Assembly: GCA_951406725.2 (NCBI GenBank)
Contig: OX597817.1
Location: forward strand, 81,902,001 to 81,966,000
DNA from: Octopus vulgaris
Lineage: Eukaryota
Direction of reading: 5' to 3'
DNA length: 64,000 nt
Of this stretch, positions 1-13,265 are shown one piece after another (position 1 is the stretch's first letter; each line of letters starts with the position of its first letter). Made by a program: the position numbers and the translations under genes. Under the pieces are notes generated by a model that saw nothing but the letters and a program-made list of their open reading frames with translations, did no database searches and was not told the DNA's origin.

Positions 1-203
1 AGCGAAGATGACCAATTTGTTAATAATAAATAAGTGTTAACTTCCTTAACTCCATTTTCCTTTTTTCTTTTAACTGAATATAAACTACATACTGAATATA
101 TACCTATTGTTTTAAGGGAATTTCATTCCCCAACAATACTAGGTATTCAACCAACATTTCCTTGGATGCAACCATCTTTTCACGAGGTTAACATATCCTC
201 GTA

Positions 204-268
<65 letters not shown>

Positions 269-270
<2 letters not shown>

Positions 271-540
271 TAAATCCCAAAAGGAACAAACACGCAAAAA
301 AACAACAGCAACTCGAGGATGTGGTACATGTAATGTATTAGCAGACGCTTAGAAAAGGAAAGAATGATGGTTTAACATTTCAAGCAGACGCTCTTCTTCG
401 GAAACAGAGGAAAGTCCAAAAGAAGGGAAGATGGAGGAAGAAAATAGCCAACGGCTCACATGTGGCTACATTTTGAAATGACCGGAAGGGAATAGGTGAA
501 AAAAACTTCTTTCTAACACAGGAAAGTGTAAGAGAAAGAA
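269..540 (-). mobile_element. Penelope-like terminal repeat (pLTR) fragment with HHR-like motif, abutting (TA)n
   Basis: Similar to 30589-30780 and 49367-49752. The minus strand reads CCGAAGA-A-GAGC-gtct-GCTT-GAAA-TG...CG-TC (344-401). Confidence 0.65.
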
Positions 541-935
541 GTATGTGTGTGTATGTGTGAGTATGTGCCTGCGCACAGGTCTCTGTGTGTGAGTGTGTGT
601 GTAATAGCAGGCGTGTGTGCGTATGTGTATGTATGAGTTGTGTGTGTGTGTGTGTGTGGTTTTGGCTGTTTATATGTGTATGTGTGAGTGACCTTTGTGT
701 CACTTGCTGTTGTAGGAAGAATTTAGTTGTAGTGTGGCTGTCTTTTGTGTAGTGTGTGACCGGTTCGTACCCCTTACAGTTGTCCGGATCACCTTGGGGT
801 GCGACGGTCACCTAGAGCGAGGCTGTTTCTGCGTGGCGCTGCTGATTATTTGCCGGACGAACCGCATCGCAGTATCGACCACGTCGCCTACGCGGTGCGG
901 CTGGCGACAGCTGCCACACTGCCAGCATCGGCCGC

Positions 936-967
<32 letters not shown>

Positions 968-970
<3 letters not shown>

Positions 971-1346
971 TACCGTCAGAAATTAATTAGCACCCTTGAT
1001 TTGCTCTTCACTCAAGGTATGTGCTGTCACCTAGTGGCCATATCTCGAACTATTGCTTTGTTGCGAGTTCACTGTTGCGCAGAACGATGACGTAACTTTG
1101 TTTGCAGAGCAGTTTGAGAGTCTACAGCCTTATGATGTTGACATAGCAGTGCAACACCAACTTGGAGTGCGGATGCAGACAAACTTCCTTTGTTTAATAG
1201 ATATAGGTAGCGCCTCGCAAGGACCGAAATCACACCATACTAAGTTTTCTCATCGTGTAAGACGTTTTGAACAGCTCATAGGTTAATTGATTTAACCTAT
1301 TTAATGTAGAAATTTGAGAAGTGCTAATTAATTTCTGACGCAAGTG
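968..1346. mobile_element. Tc1/mariner-type MITE
   Basis: 26-bp TIRs CACTACCGTCAGAAATTAATTAGCAC and GTGCTAATTAATTTCTGACGCAAGTG (2 mismatches), TA on both flanks, non-coding interior. Confidence 0.85.
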
Positions 1347-1463
1347 TATATATGTTGCTATCTATGTATGTATGGATTTAAGTTTCTATATGCATGCACA
1401 GATAATGTTTGTAAACTATATTTAAGAGATGAGGAATTATGTACATTATTTACATTATGCCCA

Positions 1464-1566
1464 CGGGCATATGGCGTAGTGGTTAAGAGCGCGGGCTACT
1501 AACCCCAAGATTCCGAGTTCGATTCCAAGCAGTGACCTGAACAACAAGAACAAGAACAAGAACAAG

Positions 1567-1599
<33 letters not shown>

Positions 1600-1627
1600 A
1601 ATAATAATGATGATGATGACGATGATG

Positions 1628-1675
<48 letters not shown>

Positions 1676-1830
1676 GTAACATCGAAGAATACCTTAGGAA
1701 TGAGAACCCAGGTTCGAAATTTCCCCAAGACACCTGAAGAAAGCTGGAGGGTATATCGGCCAAAACATTGTGTTAACAACAAACAAGATGAGGATAAATA
1801 TCCGTCGAATGTAAATAATGTAAATAATGT
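1464..1830 (+). mobile_element. tRNA-derived SINE with internal microsatellite and HHR-like 3' tail
   Basis: Pol III A box (TGGCGTAGTGG) and B box (GTTCGATTCC), then (AAC)n/(AAT)n, then CTGAAGA-A-AGCTG..CGGCC-AAAA-C..CGTC and a tandem AATGTAAAT tail. Confidence 0.75.
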
Positions 1831-2224
1831 ATCACATAATAATTCAAATTTTCTTTCACTTGAATTTTCATTTGTTTGTATATATGTTTATGCGTTTCTT
1901 ATGTTCTTAAGTTCCTTCCTTTGTTTCTTTGTTTTCTTACTTTCTTGCTTTTGCTTTCGCTCTCTCTGTTCCCGCCTCGTTCTCCCCTCCCATCACGAAT
2001 TCTTTACGTCCCAGATATTCGCAATGACGTAATATAGCCAACATCATATACATCACATCCACACACCACATTCACATATTCTATTTTCTTTTTCCTTTGT
2101 CCTTCCTACTCGCCTTAATTACATTCTCACTCGGTTACTCACTCCCTCACCCATACTCGCACTCAGAAACTCACCTTCTTACACTCTCACCTGGTCAACA
2201 CTAATAATAATTCTCGTAGTAATA

Positions 2225-2670
2225 ATGGCTCCTAATTTAAACAGAAGACCAGTAATTTTAGGTGGTGGTGGGAAGGTTAGTCGATATAATCAACACCAGT
2301 GATTGACTAATACTTTATTTTACTGAATCCGAAAGGCTGAAAGGCAAAGTTGGTCTTGGCGGGATTTGAACACAAAAGGTAAAGTGCAGAAGAAAGGTTA
2401 CTAAACATTTTGTTCGACGCACCACTCATTTTGCCAGTTCGCTACTTTGAATAATAATTAAAACGGCTTCAAATTTTGACACAAAGCCAGTCATTTCGGA
2501 AGTAGAGGCTAGTCGTTTACAGCGACTTTATCGTTTAATTATTTTATCGACCCAGAAAACATGAATGGCGAAGTCAACCTCGCCGGTATTTCAACCCAGA
2601 ACGTAAAGATGGACGAAATATCGCTAAACATCTTGCTTGGCGGGAAAACTATTCTGCCAGCTCATCGCCT

Positions 2671-2747
<77 letters not shown>

Positions 2748-2793
2748 AATAATAACAATAACAGTAATAATTACAATAGTAGTAGTAGTAGTA

Positions 2794-2863
<70 letters not shown>

Positions 2864-3149
2864 TAATATCAAAACAATAACAGCAACGACAACAATAACA
2901 ATAACAACAACAACAGTAACAATAATAATAGTTCCAAATTTTGACGCAGAGCAGCAGTTTTTGAGGGGAGGATATGTCGATTACGTCATCTATAGTACTT
3001 GACTGATATATATTTTATCGATCCCGAAATGATGACAGGAAAAGTGAACCTCGGTGGCCTGGTATGAAATGTGACTAAGCCTTTTGCCGGTCGTGCTAAC
3101 TGCTCTGCTAGCCCAAGGAAATGTGATAATGATGATGATGATGATGATG

Positions 3150-3212
<63 letters not shown>

Positions 3213-3226
3213 TCAATAAAAATAAT

Positions 3227-3279
<53 letters not shown>

Positions 3280-3307
3280 GATGATGATGATAATAATGAT
3301 GATGATG

Positions 3308-3382
<75 letters not shown>

Positions 3383-3619
3383 GTTGTGTGCATATGAAAA
3401 AAAAAATTTTTCTACTGGAGGCACAAGGCCTAAAATTTGTGGGAAGGGGAGTAGTCGATTACATTGACCCCAATGTTTCACCGAAACTTAATTTATCGAC
3501 CCCAAAAGAATGAAAGGCGAAGTCGACCTCGGTGGAATTTGATCTCAGAATGTTAAAACGAACGAAATGCTGCTAAGCACTTTGTCCAGTGAGCTAATAA
3601 TGACTACCAGCTCACCGTC

Positions 3620-3620
<1 letters not shown>
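2225..3620 (-). mobile_element. Cluster of four diverged SINE copies (about 2225-2450, 2465-2670, 2930-3110, 3410-3620) separated by (ACT)n/(AAT)n/(GAT)n
   Basis: Each carries the shared motif ...TTTATCGACCCC..AAGGATGAAAGGCAAAGTCGACCTCGG.GGAATTTGAAC. The same family recurs at 10670-10860, 16395-16545, 41640-41800 (opposite orientation) and 44690-44900. Confidence 0.75.
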
Positions 3621-3683
<63 letters not shown>

Positions 3684-3690
3684 TGATGAT

Positions 3691-4135
3691 TTCATTTCTT
3701 TGCCACAAGGGCGAAGGCTGAAGGGGACAATACAAAAACAAACATAAAGTATGGGGATTTACGTATAATAATGAGATGATGAAAAAAAGTAGGTATACAC
3801 GGTATACAGTGAAAAAGAAGGGATATATGCATAGCATACAAAGGTGAAGAATAAATAAAAGAAATGGCGGGGAGGATGATAGAAATAATAATTTCATTTA
3901 TTTGCCACCAGGGCGAAAGATGAGGGGACAATACAAAGACAGACATAAAGTATGGGGCATAGATACAATGAAATGATACAATAATTAAATAAGTAGCAAA
4001 ATAAATATATAAATGAATAAAAGAAAAGTAGAATGTTAATAGAGATGTAACCCTCCTGAGACAGGATGACCTCTAGGGATAATCGAGGAACCCCACTGTC
4101 CGAGGTTTCCCTGAACACTAAGAGCAGGTGCCCTA
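3691..4135 (-). mobile_element. LINE-like 3' terminal fragment with duplicated end
   Basis: Two ~68-bp similar blocks (3691-3758, 3893-3960) end on the minus strand in GTGGCAAA(T/G)AAATGAA followed by ATT repeats. Family unassigned. Confidence 0.45.
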
Positions 4136-4136
4136 G

Positions 4137-4175
<39 letters not shown>

Positions 4176-4294
4176 CAACAACAACAACAACAACAGCAAT
4201 AATATAGACTAAGTACCAGACTTAAAAGGAATCGATTTGTTGACGGTTTTCCAGATGGGCATAGTCCAATGACATGAAACGAGAAGTTAAACGT

Positions 4295-4332
<38 letters not shown>

Positions 4333-4445
4333 CACACAGATACACACACATATACACATATACATATATATATGTTCATGTACACGTACATACAGTATAT
4401 ATATATATTTTATATACATATATTTATACACATATGGTTCTATGG

Positions 4446-4488
<43 letters not shown>

Positions 4489-4498
4489 TATATGTATA

Positions 4499-4541
<43 letters not shown>

Positions 4542-4570
4542 GTATATATATATATATATACATACATATA

Positions 4571-4624
<54 letters not shown>

Positions 4625-5204
4625 ATATATATATATGTACATCTATATATGTATTGATTGTTTAGAGTAGTGTATATATGCATGCATAGCTCTAAAGATT
4701 TATGTATACTTATGTACATGAAGAGAGTGAGAGTGACAGAGAGAGGAGTGAGTGAGAGAGATAAAAAGACAGATATAGATAAATGCAAACAACTACACAC
4801 GCACACATAACTTTAGTTGTTGTCTGGCATTTGTAATAAAGTTGACTTCCCACCATGTGCCAATTTTCCATTGTCATCCTCAAACTTAAGTAAAAACCTG
4901 AATGCAACACGTAATAATTTTTATTTTGTTGCGAAACTACGTAGGTAACACAAGATACCAGATTTTCGTTGTGTTATGCCCTAGTCAAACTTTGTTATGT
5001 ATCATACAATTTGTCTCTTTAAATCGGAGAAAAATGTATCCGTTAGGGAGAGTTCGTTGAACATATCAATGGAGTATCCCATTTCAAAAGAAATGTCTTC
5101 ACAATATGGCTGTTACACATTTCTGTTACACGAAGGGAAAGTCTTACATACTATAAATTGATATAGATTTAATCGCCGAGACACAAATAAATACACACAC
5201 ACAC

Positions 5205-5260
<56 letters not shown>

Positions 5261-5263
5261 TGT

Positions 5264-5307
<44 letters not shown>

Positions 5308-6034
5308 ATACACACATACACATATATATATATATCTGTATATAGATATGTGTGTATACGTATATATATATTTTTTATATTTACTCATATATATATATAC
5401 ATTCGCAAATACTAGCCACATTTATGTATATAAAATTGTACAAATGCGTATACATACATACATACATACATACATGTAAAATATATATTTATACACACAT
5501 TAACAGAAGTATGTATATGCATATAAAAACACACATGCATACATCTTCAGTCTGCATCTCTTTGTCTCTATTTCTGTCATACACACACACACACATATAT
5601 ATATATAGAGAGATAAATACTACATACATATGCATATATTTATATATATATATGTATATGCATATATATATATATACATTTATATATATATATATGTAAA
5701 TATATTTATATATATTATATATGAATATATATATATATATGTATTATATATAAACATAATGTATGTGGCTTGTGCGTATGCGTTGTGTGTATGCATGCAT
5801 GTATGTGCGTGTGCGCGCGCGTTTGTGCGTTTATAAATACTGACATGAATACGCACACACAACGTGTATACATACACACACATATATATATGCACACGTA
5901 TAAATATTATACATACATACATATATATGTATATATATATATTACATACATATAGATACATACATATATATATATATGTATATGTACATATATATATATA
6001 TACATATATATATCTATATATACATATATATATC

Positions 6035-6095
<61 letters not shown>

Positions 6096-6203
6096 GCATA
6101 TGTATATGTATATGTATATATATATATATATTTCAAATGCATACATACATGCATGCATATATACAAATTCATTTATATTATGAAGCATATATACTTATAT
6201 ACA

Positions 6204-6288
<85 letters not shown>

Positions 6289-6539
6289 GTTTATCTGTCT
6301 GTCTGTCTCTCCCCCTCTCTCTCTGCATATATATGTACACCTACATGTATATATATGGTACTAATTGTACAACTATCACTTGGTTATAATCATTGCCACT
6401 CTATCTATCTGTGAATAGCAATAGAAGGTGGAGCCGCCAACGTTTGTATTGACAATTTTAAATTTATCACTCTTGTATCCAGTATTCGTATTATTGTTGA
6501 TATCAATGTGCTCATAATAAAATTTTTAATACTATCATA

Positions 6540-6616
<77 letters not shown>

Positions 6617-6635
6617 CACCACCACCACCACCACC

Positions 6636-6673
<38 letters not shown>

Positions 6674-7539
6674 CACTTTTATTATCATAATGATAATAAT
6701 AATAATAATTATTATTATTATTAACGTTATTATTATTATTATCATGATTTAATTCTTTTGAACTTACTTTATGGTTGTCGTTACAGTTTATTAAACATAA
6801 GTTATACAAAACTATTAAGATACATGAATTCTTATAAAATTTCATACATCATTTGTAAGCACTGTATCAATTAAAATGAAGTTACCTTTCTTCAGTTATA
6901 TTTCAAACGTTAAGCACAGCTGGCATCTTGCATTCTTGATCGCATATACACTCCCAAACTTCTTATCTCTAACTTCAAATGCCTTATACCCACTAGCCCT
7001 TTACATGACCAATGGGTTCATAAGTTTGTCTTAAGGTCCATGCTTGTTTTCAAAGAAATAGTTAGCCCTTGTTTCATACGTTCTGTGTAATATAAAGCCT
7101 TCAGTTCAGAAGTCCCAAGTTACTCTGATAGTTGAAAAAAAAAAAAAGCAGTAAAAATTAGGGATGCGATGTATATTTGGTACATGGATGCCAGGGAAGT
7201 CCTGTGTATCACAGGCAATACAAACAAAAGGTTAATATAAATATTTGCTTGATGCACAATATTACTCATAATTATATGGATATATATAAAATTGTATAAA
7301 TCGTATACATAGATGCATGCAGAGCATATATATTTATATTTACTTCATCTTTTAATTTAAATAAAAGTGTGCAATAGGGGTAAGATTATCGAGTTGTTTA
7401 TCCCATTGCAGTGTCCAGCTATCACACAACATTGATATACGAAAGTAAAACCTGGAATAATATATTACACTTGAAAATAACAACCTCATGTAGATTGAAA
7501 CGATTGTAGTTATATGTTTTATATATACATTAATTCATA

Positions 7540-7595
<56 letters not shown>

Positions 7596-7672
7596 CTTAT
7601 ATACATGTATATTCAGCATATATATATATCTATAAGTCTATAGATATATATATGTATATATGTATATATATA

Positions 7673-7793
<121 letters not shown>

Positions 7794-8014
7794 TGCTGTA
7801 TGAACATTTAATTCGAGTCAAGTTTTGGCTCCTATTTCCAGCGTGGTGGTATTTCTTAGAGACCCTAAATTATAGTTTTAATAATAATTATTACCTTCGA
7901 AGGTTTTTATTCCCATGCTGGCGGGTTGATAAGATCGATATTTAAGTAACGATCTTATCGTTATTTATATAAATAATTAAATAAATAAATAAATAATATA
8001 TATATATATCTGTA

Positions 8015-8055
<41 letters not shown>

Positions 8056-8269
8056 TCAGTGTAACATATATCCGAAAATGAAGCTGACTTTAAAACAGAG
8101 CAGTAATGTATTAAAAGATATTCAGTTTATTTCCAGTCATAGAGTGACCAATGGTTTCGCATCTACAAAGGCCTAAGCCGTGGTGACGTCAGCGTGGCTA
8201 AGAAGCCCATTGTGAATGAGAAACCATTCGTCACTTTATGACCGGCCATAAACTGAATTGCTTTTAATA
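8056..8269. mobile_element. Inverted-arm Penelope-like terminal fragment in (TA)n
   Basis: Imperfect inverted arms 8109-8162 and 8216-8269. The right arm has a degenerate CTAAGAAG...GAAACC...GGCC HHR-like motif. Confidence 0.5.
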
Positions 8270-8376
8270 TATATATATATATATATCTTTTTTTTTATAT
8301 AAATATATATATATACATATATATGTATATATATATATATTTATATATTTATATTTTTACATACATACATACATAA

Positions 8377-8418
<42 letters not shown>

Positions 8419-8621
8419 GTATGTCTTTGTGACAATTGAATTTTACTTTTTGGGTTTTATATTGCGTATAATTACACTCGTTATTTTGTGTGTATGTGTT
8501 TTATATATACACGCTCCTACATGCAGACGTATATACAAATTCATTTATATAATCAAACATATGCCATGCATTAAAAATTAAACTTCAAAAACTGTACAGC
8601 GATCGAACGGAGATAAGCCAA

Positions 8622-8828
<207 letters not shown>

Positions 8829-8849
8829 GTATACATGTATATACATACG

Positions 8850-8885
<36 letters not shown>

Positions 8886-8907
8886 TAAATATTTGTGTGT
8901 GTGTGTG

Positions 8908-9499
8908 TTGGGTCATCCCATAAATAATGCAGTTTTTTCAATTGTATGAACTAAAAGTGGGAGGAGGGCGCGATAAACTACCTGCATCAACTTGCTGTAA
9001 AAGCAGTTAGTAATTTTTCTTTGTCCTTAATTTTAATGCAAGTTTTGAGGAACTAGCACAGAAGCTTGGATTTGGTCACTCAACCATTCTTCGACACCAG
9101 CGCTAGAAGAAAAACGACCATCTTTGGTTTCATGACGAAAGGTGTTCTTCTATCAGGATAATGCTCGACCACATATAGCGCCAACCCACCATATTCGCCG
9201 GACATTGCCCCATCTGATTATCATTTATACCGCAATCTTCAAAATCATTTGGACGGAAAAAACATGAATTCAGTAGACGAGGTCAGAACAGTACTGGAGG
9301 AGTATTTTTTGTCAGGAACAAGTAAATTTTGGAAAAGGGGCCTTGCACGTCTACCGGATGGGAGATGAAAGAGTACAAAATGTACAAGATGTACAAAATG
9401 TAGGAGAGGATATTTTAAATTTAAAATAAACTTTGTTCATCTTAACTTTTAAAAATAAAATAAGTATAAAAAACTGCATTATTTATGGGATGATGCGAT
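8908..9499 (+). mobile_element. Internally deleted mariner element
   Basis: TIRs GGTCATCCCATAAATAATGCAGTTTTT and AAAAACTGCATTATTTATGGGATGA. The interior encodes remnants QDNARPH and PPYSPDIAPSDYHLYR.LQNHL. Confidence 0.9.
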
Positions 9500-9504
9500 A
9501 TATA

Positions 9505-9592
<88 letters not shown>

Positions 9593-9647
9593 CATATATA
9601 CATACATATATACATACATATACATATATACTTATATATATATATAT

Positions 9648-10160
9648 AGTTGAAATTTACAGAAAAACGAAAGACGAAGACAGGGGTATGAACAATAAGC
9701 AGATGTATTAGTTTGACGCTCGGGAAAGTGAGAACGTTTTTTACGTTTCGAACCCATGCTCTTCAACAGAAAGGAATGTGAGAAAATAAACAGAGATCGA
9801 ATAAAATGCTTGTGGATTTAGCGATAAATCATCGCAACTGGTTGGGAAAAATAGTTTGATGGGAGAGCTAGGAAGAAGGGGAAATAATAAAGTACTGGTG
9901 ATCCAAAAACGAAGGTGCGTGTGCGATTTGTATCTGAGAGTGTGTGTGTGGATAAGGGCTAGTGACTTTGATGTGTGGATATGTGCCTGTGCGTGCGTCT
10001 GTAATTTGTGGGTGTATGGATGATGGTGTATGCGTGTGTGATAATAGTTAGTGATGTGGGTGCTGGGAAGTGGTCAGTGCTAGTGTGTGTGTAGAGTGGT
10101 GTGGTGGTGTATGGTGTGGTGGTGTGTGGTGTGGCGGTAGGGGTGTGGGGGATATGATAA
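9648..10160 (-). mobile_element. Penelope-like 3' fragment with HHR-like motif
   Basis: The terminus resembles the 3' end of the GIY-YIG element at 47012-47260. The minus strand reads CTGTTGA-A-GAGC-atgg-GTTC-GAAA-CG...CG-TC (9715-9769). Flanked by (TA)n. Confidence 0.65.
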
Positions 10161-10312
10161 ATATATATATACATACATATATATACATATATATGCACAT
10201 ATATATTTAAATAGGTGAATAAATACACTTATATATATTTATATGTATACATATGTGTATATTTAAGTCGGCTTGTGTATGCAAACATACCTACGTCATA
10301 CATGCCGGTTTA

Positions 10313-10364
<52 letters not shown>

Positions 10365-10968
10365 TATGTGTGCACGTGTGTGTATATGTGTGTATTTTTC
10401 CCGAAAATTTTTTCTGGAAAAATTACTGCAACATCGAATACGACAACTATGATAATAGCTGTTTCTATTTTATGCAGAAGGCCAGCAATTTTAAGGGGCG
10501 GGTGTTAATTGGTACTAGCGACCCATGTACATGACTGGTGTACATTTGACAGGTTCCGAAAGGGTGAAAAGCAAAGCTTACCACGGCATGATTTGAACAG
10601 AAAGCGTAAAGGATTGCAAGGCATTTCTTCTCATGATTCTTCGAACCTATTTCTCTTAACAATAGCCCTTTCTACTAAAAGCACAACTCCTGAAATTTTG
10701 AGAAAGGGGACTAGTCGATTATATCGACCCCAGTGATTCACTGGTACTTAATTCATCGAATCCGAAAGGATGAAGGGCAAAATACCTCGGCGGAATTTGA
10801 ACGAAATGCAGGCAAGCATTTTGCCCGGCGTGCTAACGATTCTGACAGCTCACCGCTTTAACAACAACAAGAACAAGAACAATAACAATAACTGTAGCAG
10901 CAGCAGTAGTAGTTGTTTTAATATTTGTAGTAGTAGTGGTAGTTGTAGTAGTAGTAGTAGTAGTAGTA

Positions 10969-11002
<34 letters not shown>

Positions 11003-11012
11003 TAATAATAAT

Positions 11013-11125
11013 ATAGAGACAGCTAGGATACTTAGGAGGGCTCATGGCATCTAAGCCTACTTGTAGCCCGATATTAGGATTCTTTCCTTTTCTAAGAGTC
11101 TAATATGTTGAGTGTATATGAAAAT
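11013..11125 (+). mobile_element. R4/Dong LINE extreme 3' end
   Basis: Matches the 3' end at 16275-16385 and lies within (AAT)n. Confidence 0.6.
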
Positions 11126-11193
11126 AGTAATAATAATAGTAATAACAATTACAATAATGATAATAATAATGATAATAATAATAATAATAATAA

Positions 11194-12678
11194 TCGAAGA
11201 GTGAGAGCAATACTCAAGACAGAGCTGAATGCAAGAAACAAGATCGAAGCGATCAATGCATTAGCTATACCAGTCGTGACTTACAGTTTCAATATTGTTA
11301 ACTGGTCAATTACTGAAATATGTCAGCTCGACAGAAAAATAAGGAAACTGTTGACAATGCATAGAATGCACCACCCTAAGGCAGATACAGAACGACTCTA
11401 TCTGCCAAGAAAAGAGGGAGGCCGTGGTCTTTTGCAACTGGCAATAACAATGAAGATTGCTATAATTGGCCTAGACACCTACCTGAAAAACTCTGAGGAC
11501 TGGATGTTAAAACTTGTCTCAAAACATGAAAACAAGAAAGCATCATACTCAGTCACAAAACAGGCAAAGGAATATCTAAGTGAATTCCGAATACTACCAT
11601 TTTCGGAATTAGAGATAGATATAAAAGAAACAAGCACAGAAAAAGCTAGGCACATGAAAACCCGTGCCAAAACTGCGGCCTTAGATATTCTGAATAATAA
11701 ATGGCAAGAAAAACCTCTCTATGGCAAATACCCAAAGAGAGCGAATAATGCAGATATCGACAATGCCCTGACCCATCAATGGCTAATGGCCTCTGGCTTA
11801 AAATCTGAAACAGAGGGGTTTATCATAGCAGCTCAAGATCAATGCCTACCAACAAGAAACTACCAGACCAACATATTAAAGATCAGAAGCAGTCCAACGT
11901 GTCGTGTATGCAAGCAACAAAATGAAACCATTGACCATGTGGTCTCCAAGTGCAGTCTTCTAGCGCCTACAGAGTATCTCAACAGGCACGATAGAGCTGC
12001 ACAATATATTCACTGGGTAATCTGTAAAAACCTGGATTTGCCCCATGAAAAAAACTGGTGGGAACACAAACCACCCCAATGCTTGAAAATGACCACATCT
12101 CACTCCTCTGGAACTTCACCATTCAAACTGACAGGAAGATAGATGCAAATAGGCCAGACATCATATTGAAAGACTTCAAACAAAGAACATGACTCCTCAT
12201 TGATATGACAGTCCCAATCGATATAAACGTATCTGTCAAGACCTACCAAAAATTGAGCAAATATAAAGATCTTGAAATAGAAATCAGCAAAATGTGGAAG
12301 CTGAAGACTAAAACAATACCTGTTGTCATAGGTGCCCTGGGAATGATAGCAAAAGGCGCTGATAGCTACCTAACTCAGATACCAGGAAACCCAAAAATGG
12401 CAGAAGTTCAAAAGATAGTGCTCATGGGAACTGCTCATATCCTACGCAAAATACTCTCTATGTAATCTCAAGGTTTAAAACAAACATAATTTTCGGTTTA
12501 AAAAACAAAACAAAACCCCCCCCTTTTTTTTAGACATTCATTAGTACAACATCCCCACCCCCAAATATATGGCACACTAGGCATAACAACAACATGAACT
12601 TCCAACCCTGTTGTTTCTTGAGGTCTCTGGGTGAGACTTGGAGCCAACTTGTACAAATATAAAGCAAAGTCAAACATA

Positions 12679-12680
<2 letters not shown>
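11194..12680 (+). mobile_element. 5'-truncated R4/Dong-clade non-LTR retrotransposon (RT thumb, CCHC knuckle, RLE endonuclease), disrupted
   Basis: ORFs 11105-12142 and 12205-12465 contain RLYLPRKEGGRGL, CRVC..ETIDHVVSKC, RHD and KYKDL..IPVVIGALG. Frameshift near 12080 and stop near 12190. (AAT)n on both sides. Confidence 0.92.
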
Positions 12681-12720
<40 letters not shown>

Positions 12721-12812
12721 TGATAATAATAATAATAAGGATAATAATAATGATAATAATAATAATAATAATAATAAGGATAATAATAATGATAATAATA
12801 ATAATAATAATA

Positions 12813-12846
<34 letters not shown>

Positions 12847-12917
12847 GGATAATAATAATAATAATAATAGTAATAATAATGATAATAATAATAATTATTA
12901 TTATTATAATAATAATG

Positions 12918-12981
<64 letters not shown>

Positions 12982-13034
12982 TAATAATAATGATAATAAT
13001 AATAATAATAATGATAATAATAATAATAATAATA

Positions 13035-13080
<46 letters not shown>

Positions 13081-13082
13081 GG

Positions 13083-13158
<76 letters not shown>

Positions 13159-13219
13159 TAATAATAATAATAATAATTATTATAATAATAATGATAATAA
13201 TAATAATAATAATATTAAT

Positions 13220-13262
<43 letters not shown>
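12681..13262. repeat. Long imperfect (AAT)n microsatellite, about 580 bp
   Basis: Direct reading. Confidence 0.95.

Positions 13263-13265
<3 letters not shown>

Noticed and set aside
6405-6500. OTU-like peptide (FKIVNTNVGGSTFYC) on the minus strand
   Set aside because: Too short, and it lacks the catalytic GDGNC motif.
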